Below, piece by piece: positions 50,006 to 61,006 of a stretch of DNA of 64,000 nucleotides (its first letter is position 1; each line of letters starts with the position of its first letter). Under the pieces are notes generated by a model, which was not told the origin of the DNA, did no database searches, and worked only from the letters and a program-made list of their open reading frames with translations. The stretch comes from Paramoeba atlantica (Eukaryota > Protista > Discosea): the NCBI GenBank assembly GCA_977017575.1, contig CDRNVI010000052.1, forward strand, positions 248,001-312,000. The letters run 5' to 3'. The translations under genes and the position numbers were made by a program.

Positions 50006-53000
50006 CTATCCTTCCGTGATGGGCTCGTTCGGGTCGGGCACAGCCATGCGTGTAACCATCATACGAGCCTGTGCTCGCATGAGGGTCACATTCAATTCGG
50101 CATACAATTTATTTGTAGCCTGCTCTTCCGTAAGGGTCCCATTTGAGGCCTGTGCCCGCCTCTTTCCGACTCCCTTTAGAACGGACGTTGCGCTCACGCT
50201 CCAGGAGCCATAGCTCTCTACCACCATGGCTGTGAATTCATGGCCTGCTTCCTCAGCCTCCAACCGTTGGTGCACCTTTTTTTCCGCGGCGTAGTGCTCG
50301 GCGAATGATCCTGCAGCTACCCAGCTAGCGTTACGAACTTTGTCCGTGTATTTAGTTTGCTGAGCGTGGGTAACTGCAAAATCAAGGACCATGCCTTTAG
50401 CCTTGGAATACGTGGGGAGAAACACATCGCCTGGCCTGGTGAGCCCCCCTCCGGGACCTCGATTGCCAAGACTGTGCTCTCGTTGGGGTGCCAAAGAGGC
50501 ATGCCCGCAGAAGGAGGAAAAATGTTCAACCAGGGAATTGTGCCGGTTTATTATACCTTGTCCATGTTTGCACACGAGTGCGTGATCCCCTTCAGGACCC
50601 AGAGGGAGTTTGCATTCATCCGAGGGACATGGACGAGTTTCTCCGTATACATCCACCCCCAACCACCATCGACACAAGGTTCGAAACTCCGCGGGTTTGA
50701 ATGCATAGCCCAGGTCCTTCGATGGGGTGACGAATTCCCAGCTGCTAGCCCCTTTCCTTGATTGTGATACCCATCTGGTTCGCGTTCGCGTATCAGCGGA
50801 ACAGTATGCTATATTAAACTCCCTTTCCCCTATAGCGCGGATGATATCTTTCTGACGTGGGATGATACTTTCGTCCCATTCTGGCGGGTCAATATCTATG
50901 TCAAGGTCAGCGCTCAACGGCGGGTCAGCATCTAAAAAAGGTCCGGTGTCTGATGGCTCGCGGGCTGTATCGACCTGTGTGGAAGAGTGAATGGGTGGCT
51001 TTGGGGGAAAAGAGGGATGTGATCGGTCGCGCTGTTGGGTGGTGGGGCAAAGGAAACGACCCGTTTCGGGATCTACGAGAGTGCCTCCGGCTTTTGCGTT
51101 CACGTCGTTGACGGCTGGTGAAAAGCCTTCCGCGTCCAGTGGATTCCATCCGTTCTTGCTTGCTGCGAACACCACAGATGCTACGTAAGCTGAAGACGAG
51201 TACATTTCCGATGAACGCAGACCGAAACCTCCGTGTCTCTTCAGGCGTTGGATCTGAGCGCGGGAAGGGGCGTTCAGTGGGCAAAGTATTTCTTCTGCTG
51301 TGCTCAACAGTGAATTGTCTAGATGTTCGCAAACGCGTTGTATGCATTGTGGGGGTGTTGTACGTAGGGCGTAGACCAGTTGACAAAAGCCAGCACATTG
51401 TCGTATCAGTGCCATGGCGACCTGCGGGTCCTCAATTAAACTGGAAGCAACTAAAGTTTCTTCTGCTGGTTCGATCGCATTGGTCATGAGGTATTCGGCG
51501 CAGTGTTTGTTGGATCCGATAGGGCTTCCTAGGATGTCGAAATTTCCTTCTGTGTTTTGCTTGTCTTTTGGTATATCTGGGAAAAGAGATGTTTGGTGTG
51601 CAGATGAGGGTAGTGTGATGATCTCGCATTTCTTGCTATTGAGGTGTAGTCCCTGACCTGGTCCGAGGTGATCAAGTATGTCGAGGGCTTTTCTTACTTC
51701 TTCTGCTTTCCCTATAAAAACTCCATCGTCTAAGTACCACAGGTTTAGAAGAAGTTCCGTGTACGACTGAATTTGTTTGGTAACCTCCAACATGACTAAG
51801 GAAAAGAGAAGAGGACCGAGGGGATCGCCCTGTTGTACCCCTTCCGAGGACGGTACGAAACGGTGCCCGTAAGTTAAGCTACTGGTTTCGACGTAGCACC
51901 ATTCTACCTATCTGGACAATTCCGGGAAGTGCTCTCTGGTGAGACTGATGAATGCGTCACGGCTAACGTTGTTAAATGCGTTGGACAAATCAACTTTGCA
52001 TAAAACTATATCGGAATTTGTTGTGTCAGTGTCCATTGCAAGCCTACAAAGGTGAATGATACGTTCTGCCCCTGCTCGGGTGGCCACTCCATATTGTTGT
52101 GCTTCAAAGTATTTCCCCGCTTTCATTCGGACACTACTGCATGCGGCCTTGCTCACTAACCGACGAATAGTCTCCCCCGCTGCGATAGGGCGAACGTCGT
52201 TTTCCCCCTTCTTGAGCGCACATAGTCGCGCACCTGCGAAATATGCTTGTACTTCGATGGGTGCTTTGCCAGAAAGAAGATGATTAGCTAGGTTTGTGAG
52301 TTCCTGAAGCGGGTGAACATTCTTGTCTTCGTAGGAAAGAAGCGCGGATTGTAAGTGTTCCGGGCGGAGACCCATCGTACCTGCTGAAGATCCTCGACGA
52401 AAACTGTTTATGGCTACTTTAATATCGGATTCTTCGAGGTTCAAATGTTTGACATGTGGTGGAGGGTCGGCGAGGGCTTCCGTAGTAGTTTGACGTGCCG
52501 GATGCTTCTCCAACAGCTTCGCATATGTTTCTTCGTTTTCATCTGCCATCGGCGCTGCGGTTAAGGCAGCCATACCTCTAGAGAATTCACCTTGTCTGAC
52601 TAGAAGTTCTGCGCGGATGACGGCTTTCTGGGCCTCATGTTGTTCCGAAATGGGGTCAGGGTTTCGTTGTCGTCTATTAGCGGCTGCCTCTTTCCACAAC
52701 TGAGTGTATTCCTTTGCCATCCATCGCTCCATGCACTTTCGAACGTGGGATGAGTATGCCATGTAGCCTTTACGCCCTCCGCGTCGAGGGGCCGGTAACA
52801 CACACTTTGGGAGCATGGCAAGGAGTGTCCATGTCGCTACTGAGTTTTCTTGTACTGCTGCCTTCAAAGCGCTAGTTAAGATCTCCGCCCACAGCTGACG
52901 GCATCGGTGGGGCACGTCTTTACATGTGCTCTTCGCGAGTGTGCAGACACTTGCCAAAGTAGGTAATTCGGCGGTTTCTGTTACGATGGAGTGCTGCGAA

Positions 53001-53494
53001 AAAATATCTACTGACATTTGTGCTGCTTGACTTGATTGACCGATGCAGGTCTTCGGGTGCGTAGTTTTACGGTTGAGCGTGTAGTGTTTGCCGCACGTTT
53101 CACAAAGGAACTTGCCTTCCGCTGCCCACCATGCAGCCGGGACGCCGGTACTGTGGTGGTACGCTACGTGGTTATAATATGCTTGCCAAGACCCTCCATG
53201 TGCAATCGTGCGCCAAGCGCATCCTTCAGCAGGACAGATGCGGTGTTTGGGAGCGCTCTGCGGAAGTGGCGGGGGCTTGTCGCTTCCGTTTCGTGGGGCA
53301 TATCTGTTGCCAAAGTCTTCGCGCCTACCGTCCGATTGTGCTTCGGAACAACCAGTTTCGCTAGTCATGGGTTTTGTGCCGGAGGAATGCTTTGGAGGTG
53401 ATTGGATCTGGTGGGCTGGCTGAGAGCGTGTCGGCGTTTGTTCGCCGAGGGTGCCGTCCTTAATAGTCTGTTGGTGTTGCCTTCGTGTTTCCAA
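50006..53494 (-). pseudogene. CRE-like polyprotein: zinc fingers - RT - CCHC - restriction-like endonuclease, one in-frame TAG
   Basis: ORFs 51908-53494 and 50006-51793 are in the same frame, joined by TAG then VEWCY..QQGDPLGPLLFSL; WYLDDG; CPSDECxxxxxxxGDHALVC; RHN; RPGDVFLP..LDFAVTH..KK. N-terminal CPAEGC..HVAYHH and CETC motifs. Confidence 0.92.
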
Positions 53495-53750
53495 GGGTCG
53501 CCTAGGTGATCGGTTATCCGTCTTTGAAACTCCTTTGATCCCATCCGCATTGCGCTGTTGACGTGATATTGCATCCTTCAGTGCAGCGTTGATTGCTGGC
53601 CCTGATTTCAGAGTAGAAATACTAGCTGCAAGGTTGGCTGTCGTACCCTTTCGTTGTACTGCGCAGTGTTGTATTTCCTCATTCTCGGCTAGGTGGTGTC
53701 CCGTGTCCGGTGTTTCGCGGTCGTCTGATTTTTTTTCAGCGAGGCGTAGC

Positions 53751-53776
53751 CTAAAGGGGAAAGGAAAAAAGAAAAT
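53751..53776 (-). promoter_or_regulatory. Polypyrimidine tract plus AG (candidate trans-splice acceptor)
   Basis: Reverse complement TATTTTCTTTTTTCCTTTCCCCTTTAG upstream of the CRE ORF. Confidence 0.45.
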
Positions 53777-53780
53777 AATT

Positions 53781-53818
53781 CAACAAGGTACAGAAACTGT
53801 ATCTTTATCGTTAAAGAT
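53781..53818 (-). other. Spliced-leader-like 38-mer at the 5' end of CRE element A
   Basis: ATCTTTAACGATAAAGATACAGTTTCTGTACCTTGTTG, preceded by GG and the TSD. Confidence 0.75.
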
Positions 53819-55097
53819 CCTTATTTTTTGTGTGATTATTTTTTATTTTTTATTTTTTAGAACCAGCACGTGAGACCCTTTCCGCTGTTGGAATAACCCC
53901 TCAAGTCGCTATGGCCTTAATTCGCCAGTGCACGGTCTTTTGCCAAATGGTCTATGCCCTTCGAACTACGTCTCCGCAAGCCCTACCCCATCTGTGCAGT
54001 CTTCTAGACGATAGCGCCCTCACTGCTGTAGAGCTCGCACTCTTTCCTTTGGACCCGCAAGCACGTGACCAAATTCAAAGTCGGAAACGCCAGGGGGGCT
54101 TTGGTCTCAGATCTGCCTCTCTCCAAGCAACATCGGCTTATGTTGCTTCTGTAGCACACGCTGCCGAGGAGGACAACTGGGACCCTACAGACGCCGAAGG
54201 TTTCGCCGCCTCGGCGCAGGACTTCAACAACAAAATAGGAGTGACCCTTGTGTACCCCAGCACAGGTCGCATACCCAAACAAAACCCGCGACCGGACTCC
54301 GGCTCACAACGCATCTCACCCCCGAACAGGAGACGTCGAAGAAAATGCTACGCAGCATGGCGGTAGACGGCTCCACGGAACCGGAACTGGTGATTCCCAA
54401 GCAACAGCAATTGAGTCAGGCAATTGCCGAACGTTATCACGCTGGTGGTTGGGAGTGGATATTTGCCCAGAGGATAGTCCTTGTCCGGCAAAAGGATGCA
54501 CGCTACCCCTTCAGAGAAACGGAGAACACGCGCTTTGTTGTAAAAACGGTCATGGCCTGATCACCAGACGTAACGCCATTTGCGATCAATTTTCTTCTTT
54601 CTGCAGCAAGGCAGACATTGCGCCCCAGAGGGAAAAAAGCTTGGGAAACCGAGGCCCAGGCGGTGCCCTCACCAGACCCCCGCGACCTCTTTATTCCCAA
54701 CGACGCTCTCGGAAATGGTATGGTGTTGGACTTTGCAGTCACCCATGCCCAGCAAATAAAGTATCTGGACTCCGTCCGTATTGCTAGCTTGGTGGCTGCA
54801 GGATCCTTCGCTGACCATTTTTCCGAATCTAAGAAGAAACAACGCCAGGAAGCGGAGGAGGCCCGGTTACTTTTCACTTCCATGATCGTTGAGTCCTTTG
54901 GCTCGTGGAGCAGTAGCGCCATGTCGGTCCTGTGGAAGGTCGGAGCGCAGCGCGCAAATCGCCGAAAGGTCTGCTCACTGAAACAAAAGCTCGGAATGAC
55001 TTGCTCAACGAGCTCAATATCACACTCATGCGATCCCAGGCGAGGATGATGGTCTCTCGAATGACTGTAATCGATCCCAACACGCCCTCAGAAGGGC

Positions 55098-55101
<4 letters not shown>

Positions 55102-55130
<29 letters not shown>

Positions 55131-55645
55131 ACACGGAGGGCTCTGCAGCGCCAACCGTTAGGGTAGAGTCTCATGTCACCGACCTTCATTGTCTTGCCAC
55201 CCCCTTCCCAGACGGCACTCGACGCCTTGCGGCCCGAGCGCGGCTACCCAACCGTAGCTACCAGGACGGGCGCCCACCTCGTCGGCCTCGGAACTTCCAA
55301 ATCTGTCTGTGAAGGGTCTCGCTTGCCAGTGACCATCCGGAGCAATCCGGAATGATTTGGATTTTTTTTGGATTTTTGGCGCCCACCCCTTTGCATCGTG
55401 TAGGCTGTGTCTCAAGCCTTCTTTGCGTAAGCAGCTCGCAATTTAGCGGCTGCGCTGGAGCCTGGTTCAGCTCTGCGGTTCCGGGTCGGTCCTCCAGGGG
55501 AGCGGGGTTGGGTGTGGGCCTTGAAGGCACTCCTGATCGCTTTCCCTTTGTAGTGAGGCCGCCAGATTGCGAGTTTTGTCGATAGCGGGAATCGAACCAA
55601 CAACCTGCAGGTTGTAAGGCTCACCGTCTACCAACAACCACCGCT
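55102..55645 (-). mobile_element. SINE-B near full length, with a nested SINE-A 3' fragment at 55279-55377
   Basis: tRNA-like head with GGTTCGATTCCC, (TTC)n tail; nested piece has TSD GGCGCCCACC at 55269-55278 and 55378-55387. Confidence 0.88.
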
Positions 55646-55689
55646 TTTTGACGAAGCAGCTACATATATGCAAATGCGGAGCCACTTTA

Positions 55690-56868
55690 TCATTAGTTCG
55701 GCCGCTTTCTTACCACCTATTTTTCTGTTTCCCGCCATCACCCACGGATCATAGCAGTTCGTTGCATAGTTAAGTCGCAAGCGGGCTACATATGGTACGT
55801 CTACTGCTTGAACAAATTGAGTCATACCTTGAGGCGCAACTGCGAGAGCGCTAAATGTCGATAAGGCGTGCTTGGAGATGGTCGTTGTGTGCCCGTTGGC
55901 TCTTCCCAGGATAGTTAGGCAGGTGTCCGTTTCAGGGGGTAAGGCAGTTACTTGACTCCGAATGAAAGGAATTATGCGGCTAGCCATGAGTTTTCCTGTG
56001 ATTACACCGCTTGCATTCTCAATAATTTGCCACCCAAACGGATTGGATAGTGTCCACGTCGAAGCAAAACTACGCATCGAAGAAAGAGAGGCTCAAAACA
56101 TGAAGCTCGCTTAATTACCACAAGGATGGCAATATATGAAGCACATCTTTTGGTCCATGCAGGGTCCTCCGTAACAATAATGTCTCTGCACCCTCGAGCT
56201 GAAAGAGCAAAGAAGGACGTGGAATTCATGGAGCCGCTGAAAGGAAACGGGATCATGTCAAGGTTGATTATGATTGAAACAATTCTTGAAAGACGAATAT
56301 TGTACAGGAATTCGTGGAAAGATTGCAGAGACTTAGAAATATCTTCAGAGGTACGCGTAGTCGTGCGTTGGGTGGAACGAAGAACTATTCCGTATCTTTT
56401 TTTCCATCGATAAAACCATATGCGAGGTACTGGGGAACCTTTGCGACACGAGGCCTTCCGCTTTGCTGAGGCAACGGAAACCCGCATGTTGCGTGAACGC
56501 AATTCAACAAGCCATATAATTCTCCGAGATTGTTAGTCTCAGAGCTCTGCTTCCGCATGCGTTTTCTTTTCCCATCTCCACGAACACTGGTTTCGACCAA
56601 CGCTTTCCCCCCCCCCTCCCCCCCCCTCCCCCCCCCTGGACCCCCCCCTAGACCCTCAATTTTTTTTATTTTTTTTCAGGGGTCTGAAAATATATTACTG
56701 TCCCCCCCCCCCGTTTAAGAGCGAAAAGTGCGCTTAAACGGGGGGGTCTGAATCACTACATAAAAAAAAAATTGGCGCCGCTTCGCGGCGCCGGGCTCTT
56801 TCCTTCAACTCTATGTGCGCTTAAACGTGGGGGTCTGACCGGGTGCGCTTCAAGTGGGGGGGGCAGTA
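55690..56868 (-). mobile_element. pogo/Tc5-like DNA transposon remnant (CENP-B-type HTH plus partial DDE_1)
   Basis: WFYRWKKRYGIVLRSTQR, IINLDMIPFPF, LAVAPQGMTQFVQAVDV (compare the pogo PPxxTxxxQPLD motif); repeated AAGCGCAC motifs near the putative left end at about 56868. Confidence 0.65.
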
Positions 56869-56874
56869 TATCTA

Positions 56875-57998
56875 TATTGAGGGAGATGCTACTCCCTCGC
56901 TACCGTAGGTTAATTCGACGTGCCCGATTTCATGCCCGATTTCGAGCCCGATTTGTGGCCCGATATCGTGCCCGATATCGTTTCAGGTGAGTTTTCGAAA
57001 AAAATGTATACAAAGACGTATGAATCGAATTTAGTGACAAGATTACTAGTTTTTCAACAATTCCGATGGGTACCCCCTGCCCCCCCCACGTCCCCACCAG
57101 GGTGATCATAGCAATTTTTGAAATTTTGCAAAAAAAAACTAAAAATTTGTGGGTGAAAGTGAAAAAACATATTTTTCCAAAATCAACTCCTAGATCGTTT
57201 TTTGAGAGTTTGGAGCCTTCTATACCTGTATACCCTTTGATTTCATTCGATATTTCTCCACCCTGTTCCGATAATACACCTACATAGTACACAATTTACC
57301 CGGAAGTGTGTGACACGCAAGGCCGATGAGGAAGGAGGAGGCGCAAGGAAAAAAGGAAGACGTATGAATCGAATTGAGTGACGAGATCACTAGTTTTCCA
57401 ACAATTCCGACGGGTATCCCCTGCTCCCCCCCCTCCCCACCAGGGTAATCATAGCAATTTTTGAAATTTTTGAAAAACAAAACTGAAAAATTATGGGTGA
57501 AAGTAAAAAAATATATTTATCCGAAATCAACTCCTAGACCGTTTTTTGAGAGTTCGGGACCTGATGTACCTGATATACGCTTTGGTTTCATTCGATAGTT
57601 CTCCACCCTGTTCCGGTAATACACCTATAAAGGCCAAAATTTACCTGGAAGCGTGTGACACGCAAGGCCGTAGAGGAAGGAGGAGGCGCAAGACAAAAAG
57701 GCAGAAGGCGGAGCTTTTTGTCTTTTTGCCGCGGCGACGACGACTCCCTCGCGTGGGAAGCTGTAAGGGGTCCCAGGTAGCATGTTTCGATGGCTATGTA
57801 ACCCAGGCTAAAGTGGACGAGGGAGATACTAAAGGCACCTTTGGAAGACGCCCACAAAACTGGAACGGTATCTCCCGTTAAAGACCCTTTTGTCACATCA
57901 GAATGCTCTACAAACCGGGAGATACCGTTCCAGTTTTGTGGCGGTCTTCCAAAGGTGCCTTTAGTATCTCCCTCGTCCACTTTAGCCTGGGTTTATAG
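56875..57998 (+). mobile_element. Non-autonomous Helitron2/Helentron-like element, copy 2
   Basis: 5' hairpin GAGGGAG-ATGCTA-CTCCCTC; 78-bp inverted arms at 57800-57877 and 57916-57993; ends in TATAG. Confidence 0.6.
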
Positions 57999-58017
57999 TA
58001 TTTGAAAAAAAACTATT

Positions 58018-58075
58018 GTACTATATAGTATAGTATTAGTATAGTATAGTAGTAGTATAGTATTATAACACTATA
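58018..58075. repeat. TAG/TAGTA low-complexity tract
   Basis: tatagtatagtattagtatagtatagtagtagtatag. Confidence 0.7.
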
Positions 58076-58316
58076 AAAATCTATAACAAGAAAAATTGAT
58101 CAAAAACGTTTTGACGCTCTCTTTTAGCACGAATGGCATCAGGTACATAGTCAATTTATTGCGGTGGTTGTAAAACTACCGCTCTACACTCGATTATTGA
58201 AAAAAAAGTGAACAAAAACAGTGAAAATATAAAGAGGAACACAGTAATATAATAGAAGAAAAAAATATAAAAGGGGGCTCCGGTGGTCCAAAACTGAAAA
58301 TTTTTTTTGAAAAAAA

Positions 58317-58392
58317 TGGGGGGTCCATGGGGGGGGTCCATGGGGGGGGTCCAGGGGGGGGGTCCAGGGGGGGGGTCCAGGGGGGGGGGGCA
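58317..58392. repeat. (GGGGGGGTCCA[T]) 11-12 bp tandem repeat, G-quadruplex-capable
   Basis: Six G-runs of 6-10 nt, mostly separated by TCCA(T). Confidence 0.85.
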
Positions 58393-58493
58393 TGGTCGAT
58401 CAAATTTTTTCGAAAAAATTAGTTTTCGAAAAAAAACCGCAGAAAGGGTAGCCGGGGTCTTGGCGCGCATTTTCCACCCCCCTACCCTGGGGT

Positions 58494-59524
58494 GACCCCC
58501 CCGCGTATCCGCAGGACGGGTCCGCCAAGTTCGGATTTTTTCGGAAAAATTTTTTCGAAAAAAAATTCAACTTGGCGAAAAAAATGACAAAAAAAATATT
58601 TTTCCAAAATCGTTTCCCCTATTGTATTTTGATAGTTTGGGACCTACACTAGCTTTCTCCGCAGTTGTTTTCGCAAGGTATCACTTCTTCGAACTGTGGT
58701 GCGCCCCTCAAAATGACCCACTTTTGACTAAAAAAGGTGAAAAAGTATTTTTCGGACCTAAAGGGGCATTTTTGTGTCGAAAGAATGGTATGGTTGGAGT
58801 CGTATTCTCTACCCAATACGTTCGGTAGGCTTTCATTCATGCCTGCGAGTGATTTCCCACGCGCAAATGTCGGATTTAGTGCTCTGAGAGCAAAAATATG
58901 CGAAAATGACCCCATTTGTACCCGAAATTCGGCTATTTTTGGCTATAATCTTTCCGTTTTCCAGGCTAAATTTTCTTTTTTAGGCTCTTCGTTAAACGCG
59001 GCGGTAGTTTTCAACGCGAAGTGCGCAGCATGAGTGACTTCTAAGTTGAAAGCAACCACCGCGTTTAACGAAGAGCCTAAAAAAGAAAATGACAGGCTTA
59101 ATCAAGTTTCTTATGTTTCGCGGAAGAAAACGTAGTTTTCAGTTTTGTGCTTTTGCATGTTCCGCCAAAGGAGAAAAAAGAAGCTACAAGGACTATCTTT
59201 TGAGGGAAAAAATCATCCAAACCCGCTAAAAATCCTTCAAAAAAATTATAGAATGACCCCCCCGCGTATCCGCAGGACGGGTCCGCCAAGTTCGGATTGT
59301 TTCGGAAAAAAAATTTTCAAAAAAAATTCAACTTGGCGAAAAAAATGACAAAAACAATATTTTTCCAAAATCGTTTCCCCTATTGTATTTTGATAGTTTG
59401 GGACCTACACTAGCTTTCTACGCAGTTGTTTTCGCAAGGTATCACTTCTTCGAACCGTGGTGCGCCACTCAAAATGACCCAGTTTTGACTAAAAAAGGTG
59501 AAAAAGTATTTTTCGGACCTAAAG
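58494..59524. repeat. Direct repeat of about 270 bp (58494-58764 and 59255-59524) enclosing a long hairpin (58970-59090)
   Basis: GACCCCCCCGCGTATCCGCAGG...TTCGGACCTAAAGG present twice; 32-bp perfect inverted arms in between. Confidence 0.8.
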
Positions 59525-60078
59525 GTCGGTCCTCCAGGGGAGCGGGGTTGGGTGTGGGCCTTGAAGGCACTCCTGATCGCTTTCCCTTTGTAGTGAGGCC
59601 GCCAGATTGCGAGTTTTGTCGATAGCGGGAATCGAACCAACAACCTGCAGGTTGTAAGGCTCACCGTCTACCAACAACCACCGCTTTTTGACGAAGCAGC
59701 TACATATATGCAAATGCGGAGCCACTTTATCATTAGTTCGGCCGCTTTCTTACCACCTATTTTTCTGTTTCCCGCCATCACCCACGGATCATAGCAGTTC
59801 GTTGCATAGTTAAGTCGCAAGCGGGCTGTATATGATACGTCTACTGCTTGAACAAATTGAGTCATACCTTGAGGCGCAACTGCGAGAGCGCTAAATGTCG
59901 ATAAGGCGTGCTTGGAGATGGTCGTTGTGTGCCCGTTGGCTCTTCCCAGGATAGTTAGGCAGGTGTCCGTTTCAGGGGGTAAGGCAGTTACTTGGCTCCG
60001 AATGAAAGGAATTGTGCGGCTAGCCATGAGTTTTCCTGTGATTACACCGCTTGCATTCTCAATAATTTGCCACCCAAA
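59525..60078 (-). repeat. Duplicate of 55485-56038 (SINE-B 5' part plus pogo fragment)
   Basis: Near-identical sequence at a constant 4040-bp offset. Confidence 0.9.
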
Positions 60079-60091
60079 GGGATTTTTTTGG

Positions 60092-60155
60092 GAATCGAAC
60101 CAACAACCTGCAGGTTGTAAGGCCCGCCGTCTACCACCTACGCCCGCACCGACCC
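60092..60155 (-). mobile_element. SINE-B tRNA-like head fragment
   Basis: Reverse complement GGGTCGGTGCGGGCGTAGGTGGTAGACGGCGGGCCTTACAACCTGCAGGTTGTTGGTTCGATTCCC. Confidence 0.75.
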
Positions 60156-60164
60156 GAAATTTGT

Positions 60165-60357
60165 CTTCCAAATCTGTCTGTGAAGGGTCTGGCTTGCCAG
60201 TGACCATCCGGAGCAATCCGGAATGATTTCGATTTTTTTTTTTGGATTTTTGGAAAAGGAAGCACATGTGAAATCCGTTGTGGATTCGACGAGAAAGAAG
60301 TATACAATAGCGTAGGGACGGTGACTAAGAGAACTGTACGTCGAGGTTTTTTTGGAT
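60165..60357 (+). mobile_element. SINE-A 3' fragment with 93 bp of flank from the 61007-61495 locus, followed by a second T7GGAT tail-like run
   Basis: 60254-60346 is nearly identical to 61403-61495. Confidence 0.8.
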
Positions 60358-61006
60358 TGGGTATCTCAATCTGGAAAAGGGGCAGGTGACTCGCTGTTTG
60401 TCACGCCCTCCAGGGAAAAGGTGCACGCCTTTACTAAAACGGAGTTCCGCACCCTGTGCACCTGGTTGATAGGACAAAAAGTATATCCAGAAACACACCC
60501 CTGTCCCGTCTCAGGCTGCACGCTTCCGATGGGACCACGAGGAGACCACGCATTGGTCTGTAAACACGACTACGGGATCTCGGCAAGGCATAATGCCTTG
60601 ACCCTCCAGTTCTTTGATGTTTGCCAAAAGCCCAATTTGTCTCCGAAAAGGGAGCACAGCTTCGGCAACAGAGGTCCAGGGAGGGCACTCACAAGACCAG
60701 GGGATGTGTTCCTTCCGAGCTACACGCTCGGTAAAGGCCTTGTCTTTGATTTTGCGGTGACCCACGTCCAGCAACAGAAATATACGGACCTGGTCCGTTC
60801 TGCTGGCATGGTAGCTGCAGGGGCCTTCGCAGAGAAATATGCGACGAACTACAAGCGTGGACAAAGGCAAGAGGCTTTAGAGGCCGGACATGATTTCACC
60901 GCCATGGTAGTGGAATCGTACGGATCATGGAGTCCGACGTCCCTCCATATACTGAAGAAGATAGCGGGAAAAAGAGCCGCAGCATGTAAGGGTGATATGT
61001 CCGTGC
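60355..61006 (+). pseudogene. CRE-like element C, CCHC plus RLE fragment
   Basis: WVSQSGKG, CPVSGC..GDHALVC, ARHN, RPGDVFLP..FDFAVTH, VVESYGSW. Confidence 0.85.

Larger units (their letters stand above)
49480..53820 (-). mobile_element. CRE/SLACS-clade RT-RLE retrotransposon A, apparently full length, SL-like 5' end, A-rich 3' tail
   Basis: Flanked by the identical 24-mer TTATTTTTTGTGTGATTATTTTTT (49456-49479 and 53821-53844); single long reading frame; A-rich tail at 49480-49494. Confidence 0.88.
48663..55102 (+). mobile_element. CRE-like element B (RT to RLE part), frameshifted and split by insertions at 48774-49033 and 49451-53857
   Basis: CKMDPRNAFNNV, PWVEWCY, QQGYPLGPLLFSL, NAIEPA | EPARETL..QVAMALIRQC, GGFGLRS, VLDFAVTHAQQ; colinear with element A. 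Confidence 0.85.

Noticed and set aside
51908-51910. Stop-codon reassignment (TAG read as Trp)
   Set aside because: A single case, explained by TGG to TAG mutation; the paralogue has TGG, and the other ORFs are riddled with ordinary lesions.
53800-53820. Satellite monomer derived from the SL 5' half (GATCTTTAACGATAAAG versus GATCTTAATACAAAAAG)
   Set aside because: About 12 of 18 matches with gaps in AT-rich sequence is not persuasive.
60092-60155. Functional tRNA genes
   Set aside because: The heads have imperfect D and anticodon arms and run into SINE bodies; treated as tRNA-derived, with no anticodon assigned.
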